Positions 30,100-39,885 are shown, counted from the first letter of the stretch. The stretch: DNA of 64,000 nucleotides from an uncultured delta proteobacterium (GCA_963696385.1 CAVOKF010000007.1:736001-800000); one strand, 5' to 3'. The notes: generated by a model not told the origin, from the letters alone. Made by a program: numbers and translations.

Positions 30100-31884
30100 G
30101 TGCCCCATCGAAAGTCGTCGCTTCGACCGCGCGCAGGCGCTCCAGCCGCGTTCCCATTGTGCGTCGCACTCCGGAGGTCGTTCGCGCAGGGGTACTCGTT
30201 GGAGCGCTTCCGAAAGGACGCGCTGGCGGGCGTCGTCGTCGGGATCGTGGCGCTGCCGCTGTCGATGGCCCTCGCCATCGCGGTCGGGGTGGAACCGCAG
30301 CGCGGTTTGTACACGGCAATCATCGCAGGGGCCGTCGTCGCGCTGACGGGCGGATCCAAGCACCAAGTGACCGGGCCGACCGCAGCGTTCATCGTCATCC
30401 TGGCGCCCATCGTCTCCAAGTTCGGCGTTTCCGGTCTGCTCACCGCCGGGCTGATGGCTGGGTTTCTCCTCATCGTCATGGGTGCGATGCGCATGGGTCG
30501 GCTGATCGAGTTCATTCCGCACCCCGTGACGACCGGATTCACGTTGGGGATCGCGACCGTCATCGCCACGCTGCAGGTCAAAGACGTGCTCGGACTGCCG
30601 GTCTCGAAGCTACCCGACGCCTATGTCGAGAAAATCGCGACGATGTGGGCGGTGCGCCACGGCGCGTCGGCCGCGGAGTTCGTCGTCGCCGCCGCGACGC
30701 TCGGGTTGCTCATCCTCTGGCCACGGGTGGCGCGTTCGATCCCGGCTCCCCTGGTCGCCATCGTCGGTGTGACGCTGGCGACAACCCTGGCCACACACCT
30801 GTGGCCCGCATTTCACGTCGTGACCATCGGCTCGCGGTTCCACTCCTTGGTCAATGGCCACGAGTTCGCGGGCATCCCGCCGGTCCCGCCGATGCCCATG
30901 CTGCCGTGGGGGTCGGGCGGAATGTCGATCGGCACGGCGCGCGATCTCGTCTCGCCTGCACTCGCGATCGCGATGCTCGGCGCCATCGAAAGTCTGCTCT
31001 CCGCCGTGATCGCCGACGCGATGACGGGCAAAAAGCACGATCCCAACGCCGAGCTCGTCGGCCTGGGCATCGGCAACGTGATCACGCCGTTTTTCGGTGG
31101 AATTGCAGCAACGGGCGCGCTCGCGCGAACGGCCACGAACGTCCGCGCGGGCGCGACTTCGCCGATCGCCGCGGTGGTGCACGCGTTGACCGTTCTCTTG
31201 GCCGTGCTGATCGCCGCACCGCTCGTCGCTTATGTACCGATGGCCGCACTCGCGGCGCTCCTTCTCCTCATCGCCTGGAACATGAGCGACGCTCGGCACG
31301 TCGTGCACATGCTGCGGGTCGCGCCGGGCAGCGACGTCGCCGTGCTCCTGACGTGCTTCGCCCTGACGGTCGTCTTCGACATGGTCGTTGCGATCGGAGT
31401 GGGGGTCGTCCTCGCAGCGCTGCTGTTCATGCAGCGCATGTCCGAGCTCACGAGTTCGCGCTTGGTCGCCGCGTCTTCCGAGCAAGACCGTGCCCTCGCC
31501 GTGCCGGCTGGTGTCAGCATGTACGAGATCGCGGGGCCGTTGTTCTTCGGCGCCGCGCAGCGAGCGATGAGCGCCATCGAAACGGTGGGAGGCGGCGCGC
31601 GCGTCATCGTGCTTGCGCTCGGCGCGGTCCCGACGATCGACGCCACCGGCCTCGTTGCGCTCGAGAGCGCTCTCGCGAGGCTGCATCACGCGAAGAAGAT
31701 CGTCGTCATCGCCGGGCCATTGCCCGAACCGAGGCGCGTGTTCGACAAGGCGAACCTCGAAACAGGTCACGGTCACGTCTTTCTGGCGGCCACGATCGAG
31801 GAGGGCCTTCGGCTCGCGCAGGACCTCATTCTTCTGACGCCCGCCGGTGCCGACGCGCTGACCCCACCGGTCGGCGAAGCGTGA
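30100..31884 (+). CDS. dauA: SulP-family C4-dicarboxylate/anion transporter with STAS domain
   Basis: DALAG..VALPLSMALA..GLYTA..GPT..GAIESLL..ARTATNVRAGA..GPLFFGAA; start uncertain (30028/30100). Confidence 0.88.
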   Translation: MPHRKSSLRPRAGAPAAFPLCVALRRSFAQGYSLERFRKDALAGVVVGIVALPLSMALAIAVGVEPQRGLYTAIIAGAVVALTGGSKHQVTGPTAAFIVILAPIVSKFGVSGLLTAGLMAGFLLIVMGAMRMGRLIEFIPHPVTTGFTLGIATVIATLQVKDVLGLPVSKLPDAYVEKIATMWAVRHGASAAEFVVAAATLGLLILWPRVARSIPAPLVAIVGVTLATTLATHLWPAFHVVTIGSRFHSLVNGHEFAGIPPVPPMPMLPWGSGGMSIGTARDLVSPALAIAMLGAIESLLSAVIADAMTGKKHDPNAELVGLGIGNVITPFFGGIAATGALARTATNVRAGATSPIAAVVHALTVLLAVLIAAPLVAYVPMAALAALLLLIAWNMSDARHVVHMLRVAPGSDVAVLLTCFALTVVFDMVVAIGVGVVLAALLFMQRMSELTSSRLVAASSEQDRALAVPAGVSMYEIAGPLFFGAAQRAMSAIETVGGGARVIVLALGAVPTIDATGLVALESALARLHHAKKIVVIAGPLPEPRRVFDKANLETGHGHVFLAATIEEGLRLAQDLILLTPAGADALTPPVGEA

Positions 31885-31900
31885 TCGGGTTCGGCCGCCG

Positions 31901-33871
31901 TCACGAGGCGGCGAGTGTCCGTGGCGGAATCCCCGAAAGTGGGGGGGGCATGCCGCTCTCGGGAGCGCCGGCGACGAACTGTGCTCGCAGCGCAAGGTGC
32001 GCGCGCGACGCGCAGAAAGCGAGGAGGTCCCCTCGCCGCTCCTCGCTCGACAAGTCTGTGACGGCGCGCGTCTCGCGCACGAGGCCCGCGGCGGTCGCCA
32101 GGTCGCCGCAGAGAAGCAGCCCGGCTCTCGCCGCGGTGAGTTCGACGCCACGCATCCACGCCCCGATCCTCGCCTGTCCACCGCGCGCGTCGAGTGCCTG
32201 AACCGCTTGGATGAGCGCCTGACGAGCCGGCTCGTCGATGCGAGTCGCGAGACGAGCACGCAGCGCCCGAATCTCGGGGGACGCGGCGGCCGACGCGCTC
32301 TCGCGCAGACCGAGCTGCACCGTCGCAAAGAGTAGCTCGGTCAGCTCGTCTCGCGTCGGGTAGTAGAGAAGGACGCGATGCTCGGAGCGAAGGTAGGTCA
32401 GGTGTCGAGCTGCGAGAAATGCAAAATCCTTCGCTGACCGTCCGGACAGCACGGTGCGCCCCAGCGCCGTCGACGGCTCGCGGGCTTGGATGACCTCGAT
32501 GCCCGGCACGTGGTCGGCGGCGTAGAGATCCGGGCACCGGACCCCTAGAAACCGCGCCGCCCATTGAAAGGTGCGGACCACCGAAGCTGTGCTCGTCTCA
32601 CTCAGCCGCTGTTCGCGATCCGTCAGCGGTAGCTTGCGGGCCGCGCGCAGGCTTTCGACCTTCACACGGATGGCCGCGTCCTCAATCCCGGCAAAGAGTG
32701 CCGCCAGTACTTCGTCGTAGCCGGGAGCCCGCAAAAGCCCCCAAGCCGCCGCGTCAATCGGCGCACGCGCTCGGACGGGGCCGACCAATCGTGCGTGGTC
32801 CACCAAAATCCGCTGATCCGACGAGAGGGCGCCGAGCTCCTCGAGAGCCATGGCCGCCAACAGCGCGCCATCGACGCTTCCGTTACGACGGTAGATTTCG
32901 AACGCAGTCGCGTAAAGCGGCGCATGCATTGGAGCCCGAGCCGCCGTGGCTTCGATTTCGTCCAGCGTCTGGAGCTCGATCCCCGCGGTGCGAACGGCGG
33001 TTCCCGTTACCGCATCGTCCGCCGCCGCGAGGCTCCCGACTTCGCCGCGCGACTCGCCGGCCGCCGCGACAATCTCAGCCGGAGGGACCGCGACCTCGCC
33101 AACCGCCGAGGCCGCCCGGGGTTCCTGAACGGCGAACTCGTCCGTGACGTCGACCGCCGCGGGCACGGAGACGGCCCCCTGCGTGACTGCCGCCGTCGAG
33201 GGCTCGGGACCGACAGCGGAGACGCCAATCGCGGCTTCGCTGGAATCTGCACCGTGGCGAAACACGACATGCTCGGCCGCTGCGCGGCTCTGTAGAGAAC
33301 CATCGGCCGCCGCGTGCATCGCCTGCAGCACCCGCGCGACCGGCACCGGCGCAGCTTGCGGCCCGAGCGGAGCCAGGGCCGCCGCCAGTGCAGCCCGGGT
33401 GAAGGCGAACCGCCCGGGGGACTGGGAGGCGCGTCGCAGCGCTGCCAATACGGCGTAACCGTGGCTGGCGGTTCCCAGAGCCTCAACGGCCGACGCGAGC
33501 CAATCGCGCCCACTGGGCGCGGGGTCTAAATCATTCTCGTACGTCAAGTCGACCACGAACGAGAGGTCGGCAGGCCGTCTTGCCGCAAAGGCCTCGGGGA
33601 GCTGGCGCAGGGACGCGGAGCGACCGCCTCCAAAGGCGAGGCCGTCGGCTCCGAGCAGGCGCCCGCTCACGTGAACGAGCACCGAATCCCCCGCCGTGAT
33701 GCTCCGCGCCGCTTTTGCGACCGCGTCGTCTGGATGCTGGGCGGCGCCGACGATCACGACGTCGAACTTGGAGCGCGCGAGCTGGCCGCGCAGCCACGCC
33801 AGCGCTTCTCGACGGGACGCCGAATCGTCCGCCCGCGGATCCGATGGAGCGACCAGAAGGGCCAACCGCAT
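31901..33871 (-). CDS. Hypothetical protein: degenerate caspase-like N-domain, acidic linker, myxobacterial TPR-protein-type C-terminal domain
   Basis: MRLALLV..GDSVLVHVSGR..FVVDL; C-terminal WMRGVELTAARAGLLLCGDL..HLALR. Confidence 0.6.
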   Translation of the reverse strand: MRLALLVAPSDPRADDSASRREALAWLRGQLARSKFDVVIVGAAQHPDDAVAKAARSITAGDSVLVHVSGRLLGADGLAFGGGRSASLRQLPEAFAARRPADLSFVVDLTYENDLDPAPSGRDWLASAVEALGTASHGYAVLAALRRASQSPGRFAFTRAALAAALAPLGPQAAPVPVARVLQAMHAAADGSLQSRAAAEHVVFRHGADSSEAAIGVSAVGPEPSTAAVTQGAVSVPAAVDVTDEFAVQEPRAASAVGEVAVPPAEIVAAAGESRGEVGSLAAADDAVTGTAVRTAGIELQTLDEIEATAARAPMHAPLYATAFEIYRRNGSVDGALLAAMALEELGALSSDQRILVDHARLVGPVRARAPIDAAAWGLLRAPGYDEVLAALFAGIEDAAIRVKVESLRAARKLPLTDREQRLSETSTASVVRTFQWAARFLGVRCPDLYAADHVPGIEVIQAREPSTALGRTVLSGRSAKDFAFLAARHLTYLRSEHRVLLYYPTRDELTELLFATVQLGLRESASAAASPEIRALRARLATRIDEPARQALIQAVQALDARGGQARIGAWMRGVELTAARAGLLLCGDLATAAGLVRETRAVTDLSSEERRGDLLAFCASRAHLALRAQFVAGAPESGMPPPLSGIPPRTLAAS

Positions 33872-33979
33872 TCGAACCGCTCTAGGGTAGAGGCCGCATC
33901 CAACACGGGCGAGCGCGACGGAAAGCGCGAGCGGGCGCATTCCAGCCCCAGCGCAGCATTGCGACCTGATGGCGCTTAT

Positions 33980-34037
33980 GGGTCGCGGTCGGGGTCGGGG
34001 TCGGGGTCGGGGTAGTCGGGGTCGCGGTCGGGGTCGC
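33980..34037 (-). repeat. Intergenic (ACCCCG/ACCGCG)n repeat right after the egtD stop
   Basis: + strand reads GGTCGCGGTCGGGGTCGGGGTCGGGGTCGGGGTAGTCGGGGTCGCGGTCGGGGTCGC. Confidence 0.9.
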
Positions 34038-35036
34038 TTAGGACAGACTGGACACGCGGGCTATGCACACCGCAAAGCGACCGTCGCTGATCCATTCGGT
34101 GAGTCGCAAGCCGCCCGCGCTGAGCATGTGCTCGGCGCTCTCGCGCGTGAACTTGCGGCTGATTTCCGTGAGGAGGTGCTCGCCCTTCGTCAGATCGACG
34201 TGCAGGTCGGCGAGGCGCAATGTGAGCCTTTGGTCGCGAGTCGACACCAGGTGCATCTCGACGCGCTGCCGCGCAGAATCGTAAAATGCGCAGTGATCGA
34301 ACGATTGCTCGTCGACCTCGCCGTCCAGCTCACGCGCGATGACCCTGAGCACGTTCCTGTTGAACGCAGCCGTGACGCCCTGGGTGTCGTTGTAGGCCGC
34401 GCGAAGCACCCTCGGGTCCTTGACGAGATCGAGGCCAAGCAAGAACCGATCGTGCTCGGTCATGAGCTCGGCAAACTTGCCGAGCAGCAGCGGCGCTTCG
34501 TTCTCGTCGAGGTTGCCGATCGTGCTTCCGAGAAACGCGAAGAGGCGCGGACCCGTCAGAGCGTGCGTCGCGGCGCCCAGTCGGTCGCAATCGTAGGCGA
34601 AGTCTCCGACGACGCCCCGGACTCGAAGCGTCGGATGGGCGGCAAGAAGCTCGGTGGCCGAGTGCTCGATGACGTCGGCCGAGATGTCGAACGGAACGTA
34701 CGACGGCGCCGCGGACCGACCGCACATGGCTCGGAGCAGCGCACCCGTCTTACGGGCCATGCCGCTGCCAATCTCGATGAGCGCGCCGGCACCCGCCTGC
34801 CCGACGATCGTGTCCGCATGCTCGACGAGAAGCGAGCTCTCGGCCCGCGTCAGGTAGTATTCGGGCAGATCGCAGATCGCGTCGAACAAGCGACAGCCGA
34901 CTTCGTCGTAGAAGTATTTCGACGGAATCGAGCGGGGGACGCGAGACAGGCCGGCGCGCACCTCGCGCGCCAAGGTCGATCGCCGCTCCGCGCGTGGACC
35001 CGCGCTTACGAGCTCGTATCGCGGTCCAACCTGCAC
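34038..35036 (-). CDS. egtD: L-histidine N-alpha-methyltransferase
   Basis: PSKYFYD, LPEYYLTRAE, EIGSG, FLGSTIGN, AYND..TAAFNRNVL, EMHL, TEISRKF. Confidence 0.92.
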   Translation of the reverse strand: MQVGPRYELVSAGPRAERRSTLAREVRAGLSRVPRSIPSKYFYDEVGCRLFDAICDLPEYYLTRAESSLLVEHADTIVGQAGAGALIEIGSGMARKTGALLRAMCGRSAAPSYVPFDISADVIEHSATELLAAHPTLRVRGVVGDFAYDCDRLGAATHALTGPRLFAFLGSTIGNLDENEAPLLLGKFAELMTEHDRFLLGLDLVKDPRVLRAAYNDTQGVTAAFNRNVLRVIARELDGEVDEQSFDHCAFYDSARQRVEMHLVSTRDQRLTLRLADLHVDLTKGEHLLTEISRKFTRESAEHMLSAGGLRLTEWISDGRFAVCIARVSSLS

Positions 35037-35117
35037 TCGACGACTCCTAGCTCGTCCCGTGCCATCCCAACGGGTCCTTTCCTCGAACGATCTTCTTGAT
35101 CCGGCCCCGGGGCGCGG

Positions 35118-35396
35118 TCATGGCCTGACGAGGTACTCGGTCGGAGGTCCGATCTTCGGTTCGACCGGTTCGCGCCGCACGCGCCAGACGCCCGAAGCGT
35201 CGATGACGACGTCTCGCCGTTCGCCCCCATCGCTTCGAAGCACGACGCGCAGCGGCGGCGCAGGCGTCCAACTCCATTCGACCACAGTCCAGATGTCGGG
35301 CCCCTCGTCGAGCTCGCGAGCCGCTCCGCTCGCCGCAAAAATCTCGAGGTTGTTCTTTCCTGTCTGCGTCGGGACTGTCGGGGGCATGCGGACCAT
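35118..35396 (-). CDS. Small hypothetical protein
   Basis: Protein-like composition (WTVVEWSW..RVVLRS) upstream of egtD on the same strand. Confidence 0.45.
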   Translation of the reverse strand: MVRMPPTVPTQTGKNNLEIFAASGAARELDEGPDIWTVVEWSWTPAPPLRVVLRSDGGERRDVVIDASGVWRVRREPVEPKIGPPTEYLVRP

Positions 35397-35771
35397 CGGT
35401 GGGCACCCTGTGGCTTCGCACGCGCGACCGCAAGCGAATAGCGCGAACGGCCCGGCCCCCGAACCCGGTGCGGGGGGCGAAACGCCTTCGCGAGGGGCCG
35501 ACCGGGTCGAGTGGGCGCGACGGGCGTGGATTCGGTCGGGAAACGGGAACGAAAGAGCGTTGCCGGGGCGCGCAACGCGGGCGGGGTGAGGGCCAAAGCC
35601 TGCTGCGTTTTGCCCTCAGTTCGAACTTTCGGGCCGTGCTTCGGGTTGACCGCGCGGCGCGCGACACCTCGAAATCGTTCGCGTTTTCTAGATTGGTTCA
35701 CGGTTGGCACGATTCGACTATGAGCGCAGCGCGCAGATGTGCGAAAGCCGTCGGCGGACAAGGAGGTGCTC

Positions 35772-36350
35772 ATGCTCGTGCCTGCAATCGCACTCTGCTG
35801 GTGGTTGATGTCGATTCCGGCGGCATCCGCCGCTCAGCCCACGAAGGTCCTACGAGCCGATGCTTCGCGATGGGACAGCGTTGCATCCCAAGCGATCGGC
35901 GCCTCGGCACGACGCGTCCAGTTCAATCCGAGCGACCCACCGGGTCGGGCCGGGGGTGCCGCAGCGGTCCACGACGCGACGGAAAACGCCGAGCCATCCG
36001 ATCCACCGGCGGTCCACGACGCGACGGAAGAGACCATCGCCGGCGCGACGCCGACCGTCAAGGACACGATCGAAGGAAACGAGGCCGACGCCCCAGCGGA
36101 GGCCAAGGACTCGACCGAAGAGGCCGAGTCCGCCCCGAAGACGGAGCGAACCGTCTATCGCGGGCTCATCACGCAAGAGATCGCGCGCGCCGCGCGCAGC
36201 TTCCTGGACTTGCCGATGGGCACGGAACGCGCCGGCGACGTGGAGGGCCGGCACTTTCTCTTCGTTCTCGAGCGGCACTATCATCCGCCCGGGTTCGTGG
36301 GCGCCCCGAACGGGTGGCACAAGGGCGTCACGGTTTACGAAACGCACTGA
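35772..36350 (+). CDS. Secreted hypothetical protein with acidic linker and His-rich C-terminal motif
   Basis: AGGAGG SD at 35761; signal peptide; ERHYHPPG..GWHKGVTVY terminus. Confidence 0.7.
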   Translation: MLVPAIALCWWLMSIPAASAAQPTKVLRADASRWDSVASQAIGASARRVQFNPSDPPGRAGGAAAVHDATENAEPSDPPAVHDATEETIAGATPTVKDTIEGNEADAPAEAKDSTEEAESAPKTERTVYRGLITQEIARAARSFLDLPMGTERAGDVEGRHFLFVLERHYHPPGFVGAPNGWHKGVTVYETH

Positions 36351-36366
36351 GTCGCGTTCCACTCGC

Positions 36367-39303
36367 TCACACCGGGTCGCGCCGGCGCAGCGCGACCAAA
36401 ACGACCAGAATCGTGAACGCGGTCATCGCAAATAGGATGGTCGCGGGCAGCCATGGAGAACTCCACTCGGTAAAACCCCACGCGCCCGTGATCGAATCGC
36501 TCGCCATTTGCGCGATGGCGCACTGGAAGCGACCCGCAAACGTGAAATCGGGCAGGCTGGTCAGGTCGGGCCTGTGCAGGTCGATGTTCCACGCGGGTTG
36601 CGACGCGATCGCGGCGCGCTCGCTCGAGATCGCCGCCTCGAAGCCCCAGCGCGAAGGCATCAGGTACATGAGCGGCTTCAAGTTGGCGTTGGTCGTCATG
36701 GGGACCATCAGCCCGCCCAGAACGACCTGGGGGATGAGCGCGATCGGCGTCAGCGCCATGGCAGCCTCCGCGGACGTCACGACCGCGGAGATGCCGAGGC
36801 CGAGCGCCGTTGCGCTCATCGTCAGGGCGACGAGGTTGCCGAGTTCGCAAACGAACGCAACCGAGCCGCCGCTGAAGCCGAGCGCAAGGAAAACGATCCC
36901 GAGCAGCGTCGCGCACTGGACGACGCCAAAAAAGCTCAGCAGGACGTACTTCGAGAGCACGTAGTTGAAGAGCCCAAGATTGACCATCCGCTCGCGCAGG
37001 TAAATCGCACGCTCGGTGACGATCTCGCGCGCGGCGTTGCTCGTGCCGAACCAGATGCAGCTCACGACCACGAAGAACATGGCTGCGGTGTGGTCGGTGG
37101 TCGGCTGCATCGAGCTCAGCAAGTTGGTCGTCGTGGTCGCGCTCGTGTTGTTCTTCGCGGACAGCTCCTGCAGCGCGCCGAGGCACCAATACGGCACGGC
37201 GGCTTTTTGGGCACCGAACACGATCCACAGCAACGCCCCGATGACGGGCGCCTGGAGGAACATGATCGCCGCCCCGAGACGGTCGCGAATTTTGACTTTC
37301 CAATAGCGTGAGGTGAGAAGACCGAACTGCCGCGCATGGGCCACGGCGGCGCGATGGGGCACGCCGCGCGCACCGGCAGCTGCGCCGATCTTGCGGCGCG
37401 CCGAATACATCTTCTGAAATAAGGGATTGTCGTTGCGGAAAAACTCCGCCCGCCACGCCCTCGCGGCCTCCAAACGAGCCTCGCCACGCGTCGTCCGAGG
37501 GTTCGCACGCCGCATCTCGTCGAGCACCAGCCGCTCACGGGCGTTGAGCATGTCGAACATGTCGCGCGGGTTGTCGATGCGCTTGTGAGGCGGACTCGCG
37601 CGCGACGCGATGCCCCCGAAGAAATCGTAGGCGGCCTCGCCGGAGGGACCGAAGTAGGTCGGCGTGCCGCCGTAACCCATCACCAGGCAGATGTTGAACT
37701 TCTCGAACTCGTCTTTGGCCGGCTGATGGATCGTCGTAATGATGGTCTTGCCCGTCTTTCGTGCGAGCTCCGACAAGAGGTTGACGAGCGCCGTCGTGTC
37801 GTCCGCGGCGAGCCCGCTGGTCGGCTCGTCGAGAAAAAGGAGGACCGGATCGGTCACGAGCTCGAGCGCAATGTTGACGCGCTTGCGCTGCCCGCCGGAC
37901 AGGACCTTTTTCTCCGGCTTTCCGATTTGCAAGGTGGCGACGCCTTCGAGCCCGAGGTCGCGCAGCGTGTCGTCGACCCGACGGTCGATTTCTTCTTCGG
38001 CGTAATCGGGAGGGAGGCGGAAGCGCGCCGAGTACTTGACCGCTTCGAAGACGGTGAGCTCGGGGTGGACGATGTCGTCTTGCGGGACGTACCCGATGCT
38101 GCCGCGAAGCGCGTCGTAGATCGTGTACAGGTCCTCCCCGTTGATTCGGACCTGACCGCTCGTCGGCGGCAGGTAGCCGTTGAGCGCGAGCAAGAGGGTC
38201 GTCTTTCCGGCCCCCGACGGACCCATCAGAGCGATCATGTCCCCGGGGAGTGCCTTGAAGGAGACCTGGTCGAGCAGAACCTTCTTGCACGCCCTATCGT
38301 CTCGATCGGGAACCTCGAGGGACAGGTTCCAGGCTTCTATCTCGTAAAGGGGGCGACCCGCCCAGTTGACCTGGTCCTCGACGACGACGTTGACGCGGCT
38401 GTCGCCGATTTGAATCAATAGCGGCATGGGGCCGACGAAGACCTTCTCGCCGCTCCGGACGGGCACGCGTTGCCCCGCCGCCAGCCTCTGGCCGCGCACG
38501 AACGTGCCGTTCGCGCTGCCCCGGTCCTCCAGAAAGAGCTTTTCGCCCACCTTGACGATGGCGGCGTGCTTCGAGCTCACCTGCGGGTGATTGACGACGA
38601 TCTGGTTGTCGGACGTTCGTCCGATCGAGACGACATTGGCGTGGAGCTGATCGAGCGACAGCTCCCCGATGACGGTCCGATGCTTTCGGGGTGCGTCGTT
38701 CGGCGCGGCGACAGCGGGGCCGGGGGCCGATCCGGGCAGCGCCCCACCGAGCGGCACGTGCGCGAGCTGCGCGAGGACGGACACGGGCACCGGAACGGGC
38801 CCGAACGCGACGATCCCATGCGGGTCGATGGGGGTCGGATGATCGGGCGCAAGCTGCTGGCCGCCGACCCATGTGCCGCTCGTCGACCCATGGTCGACGA
38901 CCACCATCTTGTCGAGCATCACGGTGGCGTGCAATCCGCTGACCGCCGCGTGGGCGAGCACGAGCGAGACGCGGGCCGGATCGCGCCCGAGGACGACGTG
39001 CCCTGCCGGCACCTGAAGCTGGCCCGCCGACATGAGCATTTTCGCCAATGCCGGATGCGACAGCGGCACCGGCGCACCGCCCACCGCGAATGGGACGCGA
39101 AAGTCGAACGGGACCGGCTGCTGCGCGAGCACGGGAACCCCGTTGGCGGTTGAGACGCCGACGCCCAGGTCGACGAAAAACAACGGCCCGTTGTGCCGTG
39201 TGACCCGGGCGTGATGCGGCGCCACCCCCGACCCGGAGACCACCACGTCGTTGTCGGGGGCGCTGCCGATGGTGACGCTGTCGCGGCCGAGGGCGGCGTT
39301 CAT
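36367..39303 (-). CDS. FHA-domain ABC transporter (Rv1747-like; 3 FHA + ATPase + ABC-2 permease)
   Basis: FHA motifs (IG..HA, VSGLHA..STSGT, GR..VSSKHA..SANGT); GPSGAGKT, LSGGQ, LDEP; AAREIVTER..Y.RE. Confidence 0.93.
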   Translation of the reverse strand: MNAALGRDSVTIGSAPDNDVVVSGSGVAPHHARVTRHNGPLFFVDLGVGVSTANGVPVLAQQPVPFDFRVPFAVGGAPVPLSHPALAKMLMSAGQLQVPAGHVVLGRDPARVSLVLAHAAVSGLHATVMLDKMVVVDHGSTSGTWVGGQQLAPDHPTPIDPHGIVAFGPVPVPVSVLAQLAHVPLGGALPGSAPGPAVAAPNDAPRKHRTVIGELSLDQLHANVVSIGRTSDNQIVVNHPQVSSKHAAIVKVGEKLFLEDRGSANGTFVRGQRLAAGQRVPVRSGEKVFVGPMPLLIQIGDSRVNVVVEDQVNWAGRPLYEIEAWNLSLEVPDRDDRACKKVLLDQVSFKALPGDMIALMGPSGAGKTTLLLALNGYLPPTSGQVRINGEDLYTIYDALRGSIGYVPQDDIVHPELTVFEAVKYSARFRLPPDYAEEEIDRRVDDTLRDLGLEGVATLQIGKPEKKVLSGGQRKRVNIALELVTDPVLLFLDEPTSGLAADDTTALVNLLSELARKTGKTIITTIHQPAKDEFEKFNICLVMGYGGTPTYFGPSGEAAYDFFGGIASRASPPHKRIDNPRDMFDMLNARERLVLDEMRRANPRTTRGEARLEAARAWRAEFFRNDNPLFQKMYSARRKIGAAAGARGVPHRAAVAHARQFGLLTSRYWKVKIRDRLGAAIMFLQAPVIGALLWIVFGAQKAAVPYWCLGALQELSAKNNTSATTTTNLLSSMQPTTDHTAAMFFVVVSCIWFGTSNAAREIVTERAIYLRERMVNLGLFNYVLSKYVLLSFFGVVQCATLLGIVFLALGFSGGSVAFVCELGNLVALTMSATALGLGISAVVTSAEAAMALTPIALIPQVVLGGLMVPMTTNANLKPLMYLMPSRWGFEAAISSERAAIASQPAWNIDLHRPDLTSLPDFTFAGRFQCAIAQMASDSITGAWGFTEWSSPWLPATILFAMTAFTILVVLVALRRRDPV

Positions 39304-39315
39304 GAAACGCTCATC

Positions 39316-39720
39316 TTAGGCGAATCGGGCTTTGACCTTTCGCAGCACCGCGAGGTCGGGCGGAGGAAATCGGGCGGGGTCGAGATCGCCGGCCACCGCC
39401 CATGCCAAATCGGCCACATCGATCGGCCGCGGCTCGGGGGAGCCCGGCACACGGGTCACCTCGAAGAACAGAAGCAAGACGGCTTTGTCGACCTCGCCGT
39501 ACCGATGAAATGCGACGTCCACGATCTCGCCGACGTCCGCGTCGATGCCAATTTCCTCGCGCAGCTCCCTGCGGAGCCCCTCCCTGGGATCCTCGCCCGC
39601 GAGCACCTTGCCGCCCGGGAACTCCCAGGTTCCAGCGAGGTGGGTGCCGGCCTTGCGCCGTGTGACGAGCACCCGGTCGTGCTCGACGAGGATGGCGGCC
39701 GCGACCACGACCGTTTGCAT
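39316..39720 (-). CDS. mutT: MutT/NudG-family NUDIX pyrophosphohydrolase
   Basis: WEFPGGKV..GE..LRRELREEIG Nudix box. Confidence 0.88.
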   Translation of the reverse strand: MQTVVVAAAILVEHDRVLVTRRKAGTHLAGTWEFPGGKVLAGEDPREGLRRELREEIGIDADVGEIVDVAFHRYGEVDKAVLLLFFEVTRVPGSPEPRPIDVADLAWAVAGDLDPARFPPPDLAVLRKVKARFA

Positions 39721-39885
39721 GGCGGGCCATTGTACCCCGAGCCACGACCGGCAGACACGAGCCCGCGGAAACCTGCAGCCGCACCGCCCTTTTCTTTTCG
39801 GGCTCGCGGCAGCGGCCCTTGCGGTATCGTCCGCGCTCGCGACGATTTCAGGCGCGTGCCGAACCTGCGTCCATTCGAGGGTGTC

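Noticed and set aside
29937..30581. Long N-terminal extension of the pilC ORF
   Set aside because: Antisense to dauA; PilC homology and the promoter support GTG 29936
33969..35099. ORF beginning MALMGRGRGRGRG
   Set aside because: Reads the GGGGTC repeat and then the antisense of egtD
35704..35719. TGGCACG as a sigma54 promoter
   Set aside because: The -12 GC is missing at the required spacing
39193..39885. Extended N-terminus of the HEAT ORF and of the antisense 39316-40158 ORF
   Set aside because: Shadow of mutT and of the HEAT gene; real starts at 39886 (+) and 39720 (-)
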